This document shows positions 52,201 to 64,000 of a stretch of 64,000 nt of DNA, piece by piece (the stretch's first letter is position 1; each line of letters starts with the position of its first letter). The notes beneath the pieces were generated by a model. That model was not told the origin of the DNA. It worked only from the letters and a program-made list of their open reading frames with translations, and ran no database searches. The position numbers and the translations under genes were made by a program. Source of the stretch: an uncultured Clostridia bacterium (GTDB taxonomy: Bacteria; Bacillota; Clostridia; TANB77; CAG-508); the NCBI GenBank assembly GCA_947628715.1, contig CANRAW010000002.1:21206-85205 (forward strand). The letters run 5' to 3'.

Positions 52201-52511
52201 CAAAAGAAATTGGCATTTTAAGGGCAATTGGTGCATCAAAGCATAATATCTCTTCGATATTTAATGCAGAAACATTTATAATTGGTTTACTAGCAGGTGC
52301 TTTTGGTATTGGAATTTCGTATGCTTTAATTCCACCAATTAATTCTGTATTACATCATTTTACAGGAAATATTCCATTATATGTAACACTTTACTGGAAA
52401 AATTCAGCTATATTAGTCATATTAAGTGTTATACTTACTCTTATTGGTGGATTAATACCTGCAAGAGCAGCATCTAAGAAGGATCCAGTTATAGCATTAA
52501 GAACGGAATAA
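49245..52511 (+). CDS. Fused ABC transporter ATP-binding/permease protein (MacB/FtsX-like)
   Basis: Motifs are GQSGCGKTT, LSGGQMQRVAIARAL and ILADEPTGALD, with a C-terminal FtsX-type TM bundle. No in-frame CGG. Confidence 0.85.
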   Translation: MLELKNIRKTYVSGDEKVEALKGITLKFRESEFVSILGQSGCGKTTLLNIIGGLDRYTSGDLIINGKSTKQFKDRDWDAYRNYKIGFVFQSYNLISHQTVLSNVELALTIGGISKKERKQRAIKALEEVGLKAQIHKKPNQLSGGQMQRVAIARALVNNPDIILADEPTGALDTKISVQVMEILKKISKDKLIIMVTHNPELAKQYSSRIIRILDGTITEDSNPILTNEEPQKEDTSKIGRTSMKFWTAFRLSLNNLLTKKGRTVLVSFAGSIGIIGIALVQAVSNGFQAYVDSIQEDTLTSYPLTIMQETTDITGALLAMTTEEHEKNEEGIVKEEQYISTMLSSLSTNDLKSFNEHLNNNYDKIGNDISCISYVYGIDPLIYTVDATKKIAKLNPSNLFSSTYSSTVMSTFTSTYSQMINDEGAIKNSYDILVGHLPEKYDEMMIVLSEPNTISDLLVYSLGLRNTDELSNIVTKIMNGETVNINNEPLTLSYEDLMNVDLRLIMPTDTYRYNEKYDVYEDMSEDEEYLKNLYDNAIRLKIVGIVAPKEGVTTMMLNPGVSYTSDLIDYIIDNSSKTDIVKKQLEDTEIDVFSGTKFDEKNKKFDLNFEDLVSIDSKKLESAFNIKIDQNALQKQTENYMMEINNSITTDISPAKKAFSDTLNTLANGMFDSIKGEIGINDVEKTVNNYLNKSEVSNMLSTLEKNYVIPKDTFKTAYAGMLKSLLQMYITTYIKTQSLVIPDMGGTNLPQNVNEMMQNKNNINLDTNIVPNGNTVVPQIPNKVVDKAKVDKELLEPIMTAFLNSSEIGEVGNTMARGMTEAVMKKTILTKIGELTSNLTNSFASAFNVDQDKISSAFKLKITEEEITRVVSAMMSNTESSASTNLKALGYQDKEEPTYISFYFDSFDGKERFMDFVDSYNNEMEETGNDDKVINYTDTTGILMGSVKTIVNAVTYVLIAFVSISLIVSSIMIGIITYISVYERTKEIGILRAIGASKHNISSIFNAETFIIGLLAGAFGIGISYALIPPINSVLHHFTGNIPLYVTLYWKNSAILVILSVILTLIGGLIPARAASKKDPVIALRTE

Positions 52512-52583
52512 AAGATATATAGATTTTTTAGAAATGTTGTGATATAATAAACGAAATATTTAAGAGGGGAATGATTAGAAAAA

Positions 52584-53045
52584 ATGGGAAGAGTAAGAGG
52601 ATTTGAAATAGCAAAAGGTTTTGAAAATAAGGGAATAAATTTACCAGTACGTAAAACAAAATATTCAGCTGGATATGATATAGAATCAGCAGAAGATGTT
52701 GTTATACCATCATTTAAGAAAGGTATGGCTCCAACACTTGTTAAAACAGGATTAAAGGCATATATGCAAGAAGACGAATATTTGAAAATATGTAATAGAA
52801 GCTCAAATCCAAAGAAAAAAGGATTAATTCTTGCAAATAGCATTGGAGTTGTAGATAGTGATTATTATGGAAATGTTGATAATGATGGACATATCATGTT
52901 TGCATTTTATAATATAAAAGACGAAGATGTACAAATAAAAAAAGGCGAATGTATTGGGCAAGCAATTTTTGAAAAATTTCTTTTAGCCGATGATGATATT
53001 GCAGAAGGCGTTCGCAGTGGAGGATTTGGTTCAACTTCAAAATAA
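52584..53045 (+). CDS. dut: dUTP diphosphatase
   Basis: Motifs are SAGYDI, GVVDSDYYG and RSGGFGSTSK. Confidence 0.8.
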   Translation: MGRVRGFEIAKGFENKGINLPVRKTKYSAGYDIESAEDVVIPSFKKGMAPTLVKTGLKAYMQEDEYLKICNRSSNPKKKGLILANSIGVVDSDYYGNVDNDGHIMFAFYNIKDEDVQIKKGECIGQAIFEKFLLADDDIAEGVRSGGFGSTSK

Positions 53046-53099
53046 GATTTAACATTTATTTGACAGCAAACAAAAAATAGAAAGGGAAGATAAAAAATA

Positions 53100-55224
<2,125 letters not shown>

Positions 55225-55280
55225 AAATATATACAAAATAAGAAAAATATGTTATAATATAGATATATGGGAATATTCTA

Positions 55281-55976
55281 ATGAAAGAAGGGATTAATAT
55301 GTTTAATAGTAAATTTAATACCTTACTAACTGGATTATTAATAGTGTCAATCATTGCGATAATTTTCCTTATTGGATATTTTGGATACTCTATTTTAAAT
55401 AAACATAATATAGAGGCTGGCGCACAAAATGCTGTAGGAGATTTCCAAAATGCAGTAAAAAATAATGTAAGTACACCACAAGAAAGTGTACCTGATGGAA
55501 ATATTGTTATAGGAGGAGGAGATATTCCAACACTACCAACAGATAATCAAGGTGGAAGTAGTAATGCCTCTAAACCTAAATATTATGGATATGATGTAAT
55601 TGGAACGTTATCAATACCAGCAATAAAAATTGAATATCCAATTCTAGCAAAATCAACAACAAATGCTTTAAAAGTTGCACTTGGATATCTTATGGGACCA
55701 GGAGTTAACCAGCCGGGAGCTACATGGATTCAAGGACATAACTATAGAAATGGATTATTTTTCTCAGATTTGAATAAATTATCAAATGGTGACGCAATAT
55801 ATATAACAGACTTATCAGGAAGAGAAGTTAAGTATGAAATTTATAGTTGCTTCCAAGCTGATGCTTCAGATACAAGTTTCGTAAAAAGCGATACTGAAGG
55901 AAAAGCAGAAGTTATACTATCTACTTGTACAGAGGATTACAATTTAAGAACTATTGTACTTGCAAGAGAAGTATAG
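55281..55976 (+). CDS. Sortase family transpeptidase (class A/D-like)
   Basis: N-terminal TM anchor. Motifs are IGTLSIPAIKIEYPIL, GHNYRNG and VILSTCT. Confidence 0.7.
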   Translation: MKEGINMFNSKFNTLLTGLLIVSIIAIIFLIGYFGYSILNKHNIEAGAQNAVGDFQNAVKNNVSTPQESVPDGNIVIGGGDIPTLPTDNQGGSSNASKPKYYGYDVIGTLSIPAIKIEYPILAKSTTNALKVALGYLMGPGVNQPGATWIQGHNYRNGLFFSDLNKLSNGDAIYITDLSGREVKYEIYSCFQADASDTSFVKSDTEGKAEVILSTCTEDYNLRTIVLAREV

Positions 55977-56004
55977 ATACATAAAATATGAAAGGAAGAG
56001 TAGT

Positions 56005-56256
56005 ATGGAATATAGATATAGCCCAGAAGGAGTTTGTTCTAGTGAATTTATTATAGAACTTGATGGAGATATTGTAAAAAAAGTTAAAATTGTTGGAGGA
56101 TGTCCAGGAAATACTGTTGGAGTTAGTAAACTTGTAGAAGGAAAGAAAATTGACGAGGTTATTAATACTTTAAAAGGTATACCATGCGGTATGAGAGGAA
56201 CATCTTGTCCAGACCAACTTGCAAGAGCACTAGAGGAGATAAAATCTAAAATGTAA
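56005..56256 (+). CDS. TSCPD-domain small protein (TIGR03905-like)
   Basis: MEYRYSPEGVCS..GGCPGN..GTSCPDQLARAL. The downstream terminator is AAAGAGGGAAC..GTTTCCCTCTTTTTTT (56284-56322). Confidence 0.65.
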   Translation: MEYRYSPEGVCSSEFIIELDGDIVKKVKIVGGCPGNTVGVSKLVEGKKIDEVINTLKGIPCGMRGTSCPDQLARALEEIKSKM

Positions 56257-56326
56257 TCTAGACGGTTGCTTTAGCAATTGTTTAAAGAGGGAACTTGATA
56301 GAAAAAGTTTCCCTCTTTTTTTCTTA

Positions 56327-57863
56327 TTAGAAATGCAGATAGCAAATAATTCCGATGTACTTTATTTCGTATGAATTTTATAATGTTAAACGAAATAAAT
56401 AAAACTACGTAAATTGCTATAAATATACAGATTTTTATAATTACAAAACTTGTATCATATTCTATATAATTATCTATCGAGTCAAATAATAATTTAGTTG
56501 CAAAGACCAAAAGAAGCGGAATAAATACATAAGAAATATAGTCAAACTTAAATTTGGTTACTTTATATAATTGTATTAGACTTATTGTAAAGTTTAGTAT
56601 TTCACTTATAGCGATAATTGCAAGATAGCCATAAATTCCATGAACTGGTACAAGTAAATATATTAATACTATTGTTAAAAATAAATCGAATATATTGCAA
56701 AACATAACACCTACTTGTTTATCTAAGCCCCTTAACATTGCGTCTATTATTTTGTCTAAGTATATGAGTATAACGAGTGGTGCAAGGATACTTAAAAATT
56801 CTGCAATTTCTATGTTATTGTAAAATAGATAGCATATTTCTTCTGTAAAGGTTAAAAAGATTCCGAATCACACAAACGCTAAAAAAGGATGTAAGTTTAA
56901 ATATTAAAACAATTACTTTATTCATTTTGTCATAATCTTTTTTTATGTTATATCTGGCAAATTCTGGGATGAGAAGGCTTGCACATGAGCTTATGATTAT
57001 ACATGGGAACATGAGTATTGGCATTGTCATCCCGTTTATTAATCCATATTCTGATAATGCTTTGTCGCATGCTTCAGAGTGTTTCTCTAGGCTAAATGGA
57101 ATTAATAGCTGTTTTATTGTTGATAGCCCTGAGCGAACATAAGAGGTTATTGCAACTGGAAAAGCTATTCTTAGTATTTTCATTAAGATATTTTCTTTAG
57201 ATGGTTTATTTATGTTTTTTATTTTATTTCTGTCTTTTACATAAAGTATGTATGTAAATACAAATTCAAAAAGTGAGGCAATGGTAGATGCAAGTATTAT
57301 GTATGTGCATACTATACTTAAATCTGTGTAAGGTAAAATATACAAAAAGTAGCAGGTTAGTGCAAATTGCAAACACATTGTTAATACTCGGCTTATGGAG
57401 GTTTTTGATACTCTTCTTACTCCTGTGAAATATCCGCTAAGAGATGTTGTTAGTGAGTTAAATGGAAGGCTTATTGCCATTACATATATTGGTGCGTTTG
57501 TAACTTTACCATGTAAAAGGCATGAAGAACAGTATGGCGCAAATATGATAAGTAGTATGCAAGCGAGTGTGCCAAAACATAAACTGTATGTTATACATTT
57601 TCGCATTGCACTTTTTATCCCTCGTCCATCATTTCCGGTCTAGTTCTTCTGCAACTATTCTTGTTGCTGCAAGGCTTATGCCAGAGTTTGCAAAAGTTAC
57701 TCCAAAGGTATAAATTGACATTAATAGTTCAAATATCCCGAGAACCTTCGCTACCTATCTTGTTTGCAACATATACGCTAAAGAACATATTTATTGAACT
57801 CATAAATAGTGAGGTTATTGTTAAAATAAATGTATTAAATAAGAAAAGTTTAAGTCGTTTCAT
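56327..57863 (-). CDS. SpoVB/MurJ-type polysaccharide or lipid II flippase family membrane protein. Needs four +1 shifts at CGG.
   Basis: ATG is the complement of 57861-57863. The C of each in-frame CGG is complementary to 57740, 57637, 56865 and 56354. The restored sequence is MKRLKLFLFNTF..VANKIGSEGSGIFELLMSIYTFG..RIVAEELDGNDGRGIKSAMRKC..VCVIGIFLTFTEEICYLFYNN..IRNKVHGIICYLHF, with the stop at 56327-56329. Confidence 0.7.
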
Positions 57864-58014
57864 AATATAAATGTATTGCGATAAATGTGTTTTATTACTT
57901 TTTATTAACTAAAGAAATGATAAAATCATATAACACTAAAAAAGCATAAATATTGTTTGACAAGAATACTATGTATTTGATACAATGTATTTGAAAATAA
58001 AGGAGTTAAAATTT

Positions 58015-58519
58015 ATGCTAGTTTATCCTAAAAAATATATAGATAATGTTACGAAAATTACAGTTGATTTTTTAAGGAAAAATAATATAGAAGCAATTAT
58101 TCTTGACCTTGATAATACTCTAATTAATTCTAAGAGAGAGCTGTTAGATGGTGTAAAAGCATGGAGAGAGGAAATGAAAAATAATGGCATAAAGTTATAT
58201 ATGCTATCAAATACAAATAAAAAGAAAAAAATAGACAAGATATCGAAGGAGTTAAATATAGAGTATATCAATTTCGCGAAAAAACCTTTAAAAGGTGGTT
58301 TTAAGAAAGTACAAAAAATACTAGAAATAGAGGATACAAGTAAAATTGCTGTAGTTCGGAGATCAAATTTTTACGGATGTAATAGGGGCGAATAGGATGA
58401 AAATGTTTTCTATTCTTTCTAAGCCAATCGATGAAAATGAAATGATTATTACGAAAATAAAAAGACCAATTGAAAATTTTATAATTAAAAGATATTTAAC
58501 GAAAAAGGAGAATGATTAG
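58015..58519 (+). CDS. yqeG: YqeG-family HAD phosphatase. Needs one +1 shift at CGG.
   Basis: ATG at 58015 after AAGGAG. The N-terminal motif is ILDLDNTL. The CGG has its C at 58357. The restored sequence is ..KIAVVGDQIFTDVIGANRMKMFSILSKPI.. Confidence 0.75.
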
Positions 58520-58522
58520 AAA

Positions 58523-59258
58523 ATGTATATAAATAATATACACATATTGTATTATGTATTATTTTGCATTTTAGGTGTTATATCAAGTCAAATTACAGCG
58601 TGGTGCATAAAGAGAATGCCAGAACATAAACCTGTTATCTCAAAAGATATTTTTAAAGAATTCAAGGTAAATTATCCATTAATGGTTATTACTGTAATAC
58701 TATATCTTGCACTTCTTAGCATAAATGGTATTTCTAAACAATTTTTAAACAATATACCTCTTATAAAATATACAATATTGATGCCAATGTTAATAACGGC
58801 GTTAACGATTGATTATAAGTATCAAATTATACCAAATAGACTTAATTTAACGATTTTTGAAGTAGGACTAGCATTTTGCTTTTTATCAGGATTTTACAGT
58901 ATGAATCTTATTAATCAAGCACTACTTCGGTATGGCTTTTGGAGGAGGAGTTTTCCTAATAATAACTTTAATTGGAGGAATCGTTGCAGGAAAAGAGGCA
59001 ATGGGATTTGGCGATGTCAAGTTTATGGGGGCTCTTGGACTTTATTTTGGTTTTGTAAATATTATTACAATAACTCTAATGTCTTTCCTTTTTGCGGCAA
59101 TTGTTAGTATATTTTTACTTATTTCGAGAATTAAAAAGAAGAGTGAATACATACCATTTGGACCTTTTATAGTTGTTGCAAGTATTATTAATATGATTGT
59201 TCCGTTCCAATATATATTTATTGCTTTAGCAAAAATATTTACTTTGGGAATGTATTAG
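58523..59258 (+). CDS. Prepilin peptidase (A24 family). Needs one +1 shift at CGG.
   Basis: Multi-TM protein. The CGG has its C at 58928. The restored sequence is ..LINQALLGMAFGGGVFLIITLIGGIVAGKEAMGFGDVKFMGALG.. Confidence 0.75.
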
Positions 59259-59274
59259 TAAAGGGGGAAAATGT

Positions 59275-60340
59275 ATGAATGAGAGAATAAGATGGATAAG
59301 AAATAGCCTAAAATCTCAGAACATACAAGGAATGATAATATCAAATCCTATAAATATTAAGTATTTAACAAATATAGATGCAGAGGGAATTTTGTTATTA
59401 ACTTTAAGAGAAAATATATTTATAACGGATGATAGATATATAGAAGATGTAAAAAGAGTTCTTACAATTGAAGACGAGATTGTTATTACTAATATAAGGG
59501 AACTTTCACTTGAAGATTATGAAAATTATTTTATGTTTTGCGAAAATGTTGGCTTTGAAGAAAATTACGTAACTTTTGCTAAATACAAGGAGTTTATGCA
59601 CAAATATAAAATAAATGAACTTGTTGAGACTGAAGGAATAATAGAAAAACAAAGACAAATAAAGGATGAAGGGGAAATCTCATATATACGAAAGGCTTGT
59701 GAAATTACTGATAATTGTTTTACATATATGTTAAATTATATAAAAAAAGGTATGACAGAAAAGCAAATTGCAAATGAGATTGAAAAATACTTTAAAGAAA
59801 ATGGTGCAAGTGGGACAAGTTTTGAAACTATTGTTGCATCTGGCGCAAATTCGGCTATACCACATGCGACTCCATCTGATAGGAAGATAGAGTCTCGGTG
59901 ATATTATTACAATTGATATGGGATGCGTTTATAAAGGATATTGCTCTGATATGACAAGGACTATATTTGTTGATTTTGTACAAGATAGCTTTAAAGAAAT
60001 TTATGATTTGGTTTTAGATAATCAAAATATGGTTTTAGGCGAGATAAAAGATGGTGCAAATATTAAGACTATATCAAAAATTTTTGAGGGCAATTTTAAG
60101 ATAAATGATTACGAGTTAGTTCATGCTCTTGGACATGGAGTTGGACTCGAGGTACATGAGTGTCCTGTTTTATCGCCTAAAAATGAAAGAACTTTAAAGA
60201 CTAATATGGTTATAACAAACGAACCTGGCATTTACATACCAGGTAGGTTTGGAGTTAGAATAGAGGATACAGTTTTGGTAAAGGATAATGATTGCGAAAC
60301 TTTAACGAAGTCTAATAAGAACTATTGTATAATAGGCTAG
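59275..60340 (+). CDS. Xaa-Pro aminopeptidase/M24 family peptidase. Needs one +1 shift at CGG.
   Basis: The CGG has its C at 59896 (TCT CGG TGA). The restored sequence is ..PSDRKIESGDIITIDMGCVYKGYCSDMTRT..HGVGLEVHE..EPGIY..RIEDT. Confidence 0.8.
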
Positions 60341-60857
60341 TTGTTGGAATATAGTAATCGTCAGGTGGGTAGACATATTCGTCTTTTGGCTTTGTTATTT
60401 TTTCGATGGAACTAATTTCTATAATGGGTATATCTCCGTGATAATACCCTTTTTTTATTTCTCCAACTATGCTAACCCATGTACCATTGTCAAAGTTTTT
60501 AGCATTTTCTGAGTTACAAAGGAAACCTACGACTAATGTTTGATGCTTTGAATCTACGACCATATCACGAGCTAAAATAAATTCATTATCTTTTAAGTCA
60601 TAAACTCTATAAATATATCCAGAAAAGCTAATTTTTTGACCAATATAATTGTTCATATCGTCGTGAACGGCTTTTAAGATGTTGGTATAATTTGTTACGG
60701 GAATTTCATAGACATCGTTCATGTTTATATTAGTTTTGGAACTGAAAAACGTTTTATATATTGCAAGAGAGGTTATTGCAATTATTACAATAAACATTAA
60801 AGCAAATAGAATTTTAAAAATTTTACCAGAACGTATTTTTACATTATATACAAACAT
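60312..60857 (-). CDS. Membrane-anchored hypothetical protein
   Basis: 181-aa ORF with an N-terminal TM segment (ILFALMFIVIIAITSLAIY). It converges on the aminopeptidase gene and overlaps its 3' end. Confidence 0.55.
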   Translation of the reverse strand: MFVYNVKIRSGKIFKILFALMFIVIIAITSLAIYKTFFSSKTNINMNDVYEIPVTNYTNILKAVHDDMNNYIGQKISFSGYIYRVYDLKDNEFILARDMVVDSKHQTLVVGFLCNSENAKNFDNGTWVSIVGEIKKGYYHGDIPIIEISSIEKITKPKDEYVYPPDDYYIPTTSLLYNSSY

Positions 60858-61181
60858 AAAGCATAACTCCTTTTAAGTAATAATATGACATGCTAATAAA
60901 TTATAGAACTAATATCTTACAAAGATGTTTACAATATAAATATAAAAGTTTTTGAAAAAAATGTTGATTTTTAAAGAAAAATATGTTAGGATATATTAGT
61001 AGATTAAAAAAAAACCTCTTTTTTTAGGAGGCACAAATTTAATCTATTTTTTTATTGCATAGGAAAAATCGTAAGATTTTTCCGTAGAGCAAGGTTAATT
61101 TACCTTGATACGTGCAATAATTGCGAAGCAATTTTGCACATATGGCGAAGCCAATTTTCTTATTTTTGGAAAGGAAAGATT

Positions 61182-62791
61182 ATGAGTAAAAAGTACATAT
61201 TTGTAACAGGTGGAGTTGTTTCAGGATTAGGTAAAGGAATAACTGCAGCTTCACTTCGGAAGATTATTAAAAAATAGAGGATATAAGGTTACAAACCAAA
61301 AATTTGACCCATATATAAATGTAGACCCAGGTACTATGAGTCCTTATGAACATGGCGAGGTTTTTGTAACAGATGATGGAGCAGAAACGGACTTAGATTT
61401 AGGACATTACGAGAGGTTTACGGACGAAAATTTAACTAAGAATTCGTCTGTTACTTCTGGAAAAATATATCAAAGTGTAATTGAAAAGGAAAGAAGAGGA
61501 GATTATTTGGGCAAAACTGTACAAGTAATACCTCATATAACAAATGAAATAAAAGATAAGATATATAGTTTTGAAAGTACAGATGTAGATATCGTTATAA
61601 CTGAGCTTGGCGGAACTGTAGGTGACATGGAGGGACTTGCTTTCATAGAGGCAATAAGACAAATTGGATTAGAGCTTTCTAAGGAAGATGTTATTTATAT
61701 ACATGTTACTTTACTTCCATACATATATGGTTCAAATGAAGTAAAGTCAAAGCCTACGCAACATTCAGTAAAAGAGCTACAATCTTTTGGAATTAAACCA
61801 GACGTTTTAGTTTGTAGAACTGAAACACCAATGACAGAGGAAATGAAAGGAAAGATTGCATTATTTTGTAATGTTAGAAAAGATTGTGTTATACAAAATC
61901 TTACAGCAGATAATTTATATGCAGTTCCTTTAATGCTAGAAAATGAAGGACTAGCTGATGTCGTATGTAAACATTTGAATCTTGAGAAGAATACTCCTAA
62001 TAATGAAAAATGGCAACAAATGATAGACAATATTAGAAAAATTGGTGATGAAACTGTAAAAATTGCAATTGTTGGAAAATATGTAAGATTGGAAGATTCA
62101 TACCTTTCAGTTGCAGAGAGTTTAAGACATGGTGGATATGCAAATAATGTAAATGTTGAGATAAAGTATATAGATTCAGAGACAATAACAGAGGAAAATG
62201 TTGCAGATATTTTAAAAGATGTTCAAGGCGTAGTTGTACCAGGCGGATTTGGAAATAGAGGAATAGAAGGAAAAATAAATACGATAAAATATGTAAGAGA
62301 AAATAATATTCCATTTCTTGGAATTTGCTTAGGAATGCAAATGGCTGTTGTTGAATTTATACGAAATGTTTGCAAATTAGAAGATGTAGATTCTGAGGAA
62401 TTTAATCCTAATGCTAAAAATCTTGTTATACATATAATGGATACTCAAAAAAATGTATCAAAAAAAGGCGGAACTATGAGACTTCGGAAGTTATCCTTGT
62501 GTTTTGAAAGAGGGTAGCCTTGCAAAAAAATTATATGGCAAAAGTGAGATTTCTGAAAGACATAGACATAGATATGAATTTAATAATGATTATAGAGAAA
62601 TTGTAGAGAAAAATGGATTAAAAATTTCAGGAACATCTCCTGATGGATTGCTAGTTGAAATAGTTGAATATGAAAAACATCCATATTTTATTGCAGGTCA
62701 ATTTCACCCAGAATTTAAGTCAAGACCAGATAGACCACAGCCTTTATTTGTAGGTTTAATAGAGGCAGCTAAAAATCTAAAAAATAAGTAA
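61182..62791 (+). CDS. pyrG: CTP synthase PyrG. Needs two +1 shifts at CGG.
   Basis: In-frame CGG has its C at 61257 and 62485. The restored sequence is [61 protein letters not shown].. and ..[33 protein letters not shown].. Confidence 0.9.
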
Positions 62792-62857
62792 TTGAGTAAA
62801 AAAAGTAGTCATATAATTTTTATGATTACTTTTTTTATGAAAATTTTGTAAATACTA

Positions 62858-62886
62858 TTGACAATTGAAGTAAAAAGGTATAAATT
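62858..62886 (+). promoter_or_regulatory. groESL promoter
   Basis: TTGACA, 17 nt, TAAATT, immediately upstream of CIRCE. Confidence 0.55.
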
Positions 62887-62889
62887 ATA

Positions 62890-62916
62890 TTAGCAGTCGA
62901 AAATAACGAGTGCTAA
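62890..62916 (+). promoter_or_regulatory. CIRCE operator (HrcA binding site)
   Basis: TTAGCAGTC-N9-GAGTGCTAA, compared with the consensus TTAGCACTC-N9-GAGTGCTAA. It lies directly upstream of groES. Confidence 0.9.
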
Positions 62917-62935
62917 TAATAAGGAGGTATAAAAA

Positions 62936-63217
62936 ATGATAAAACCATTATGTGACAAAGTTTTAATTAAAATGTGCGAGAGTGAGAATACAACAGAAAG
63001 TGGTATTATCTTACCCGCAAATACAAAAGATAATCCACAAATAGCTGAAGTTATAGCTGTTGGACCAGGTGGAAAAGTGGACGGAGAAACAGTTGAAATG
63101 AATGTAAAAGTAAAGGATAAAGTTATAGTAAGTAAATATTCAGGAACAGAAGTTAAGTATGAAGGTCAAGATTATTTGATTGTTAAGCAATCTGATATTC
63201 TTGCTATAGTAGAATAA
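62936..63217 (+). CDS. groES: Co-chaperonin GroES
   Basis: MIKPLCDKVLIK..GIILP..VIAVGPG... AAGGAGG RBS upstream. Confidence 0.9.
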   Translation: MIKPLCDKVLIKMCESENTTESGIILPANTKDNPQIAEVIAVGPGGKVDGETVEMNVKVKDKVIVSKYSGTEVKYEGQDYLIVKQSDILAIVE

Positions 63218-63241
63218 TTTTTATAAAAGGAAAGGATATGA

Positions 63242-64000
<759 letters not shown>

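Overview
This is a very AT-rich chromosomal segment that looks Firmicutes/Clostridia-like. All work was done by eye, so coordinates are hand-derived and family calls rest on motifs I recognise, not on searches.

Layout:
- 1-9.7 kb: an integrative element with a primase-helicase, Xis-like HTH, XRE repressors, a tyrosine integrase, an MBL/beta-CASP-like hydrolase and a DnaQ-like exonuclease.
- 10.0-13.4 kb: an IS200-like/RAYT tyrosine transposase gene surrounded by at least 8 copies of a 29-nt palindromic REP-like element. The cluster also holds a candidate type I toxin/sRNA pair.
- 13.5-64 kb: housekeeping genes (tsaD, rsgA, rpe, recD2, comFC, murD, SAM-I riboswitch plus metK, uvrB, ftsY, dut, alaS-like, pyrG, CIRCE plus groES/groEL).
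- Interleaved with these are a KAP NTPase, an LtaS-like enzyme and an Hpt/HD-GYP/hybrid-kinase/SBP cluster.
- Also interleaved are two sortase/substrate pairs (one substrate is a 2015-aa adhesin), UPF0182 and a MacB-like ABC transporter.

Main observation: 20 genes, many of them essential, appear frameshifted in the ORF track. All 46 breaks are the same event. An in-frame CGG is followed by a +1 shift onto a GGN glycine codon, so the site effectively reads as C+GGN or CGGN = Gly. The restored Gly is often the invariant glycine of a signature motif. I found no in-frame CGG that is simply read as Arg.

This is either a lineage-wide recoding (a hungry or unassigned CGG driving +1 frameshifting, or quadruplet decoding) or a very unusual codon-phase-specific artefact. 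It needs raw-read, tRNA and proteomic checks.
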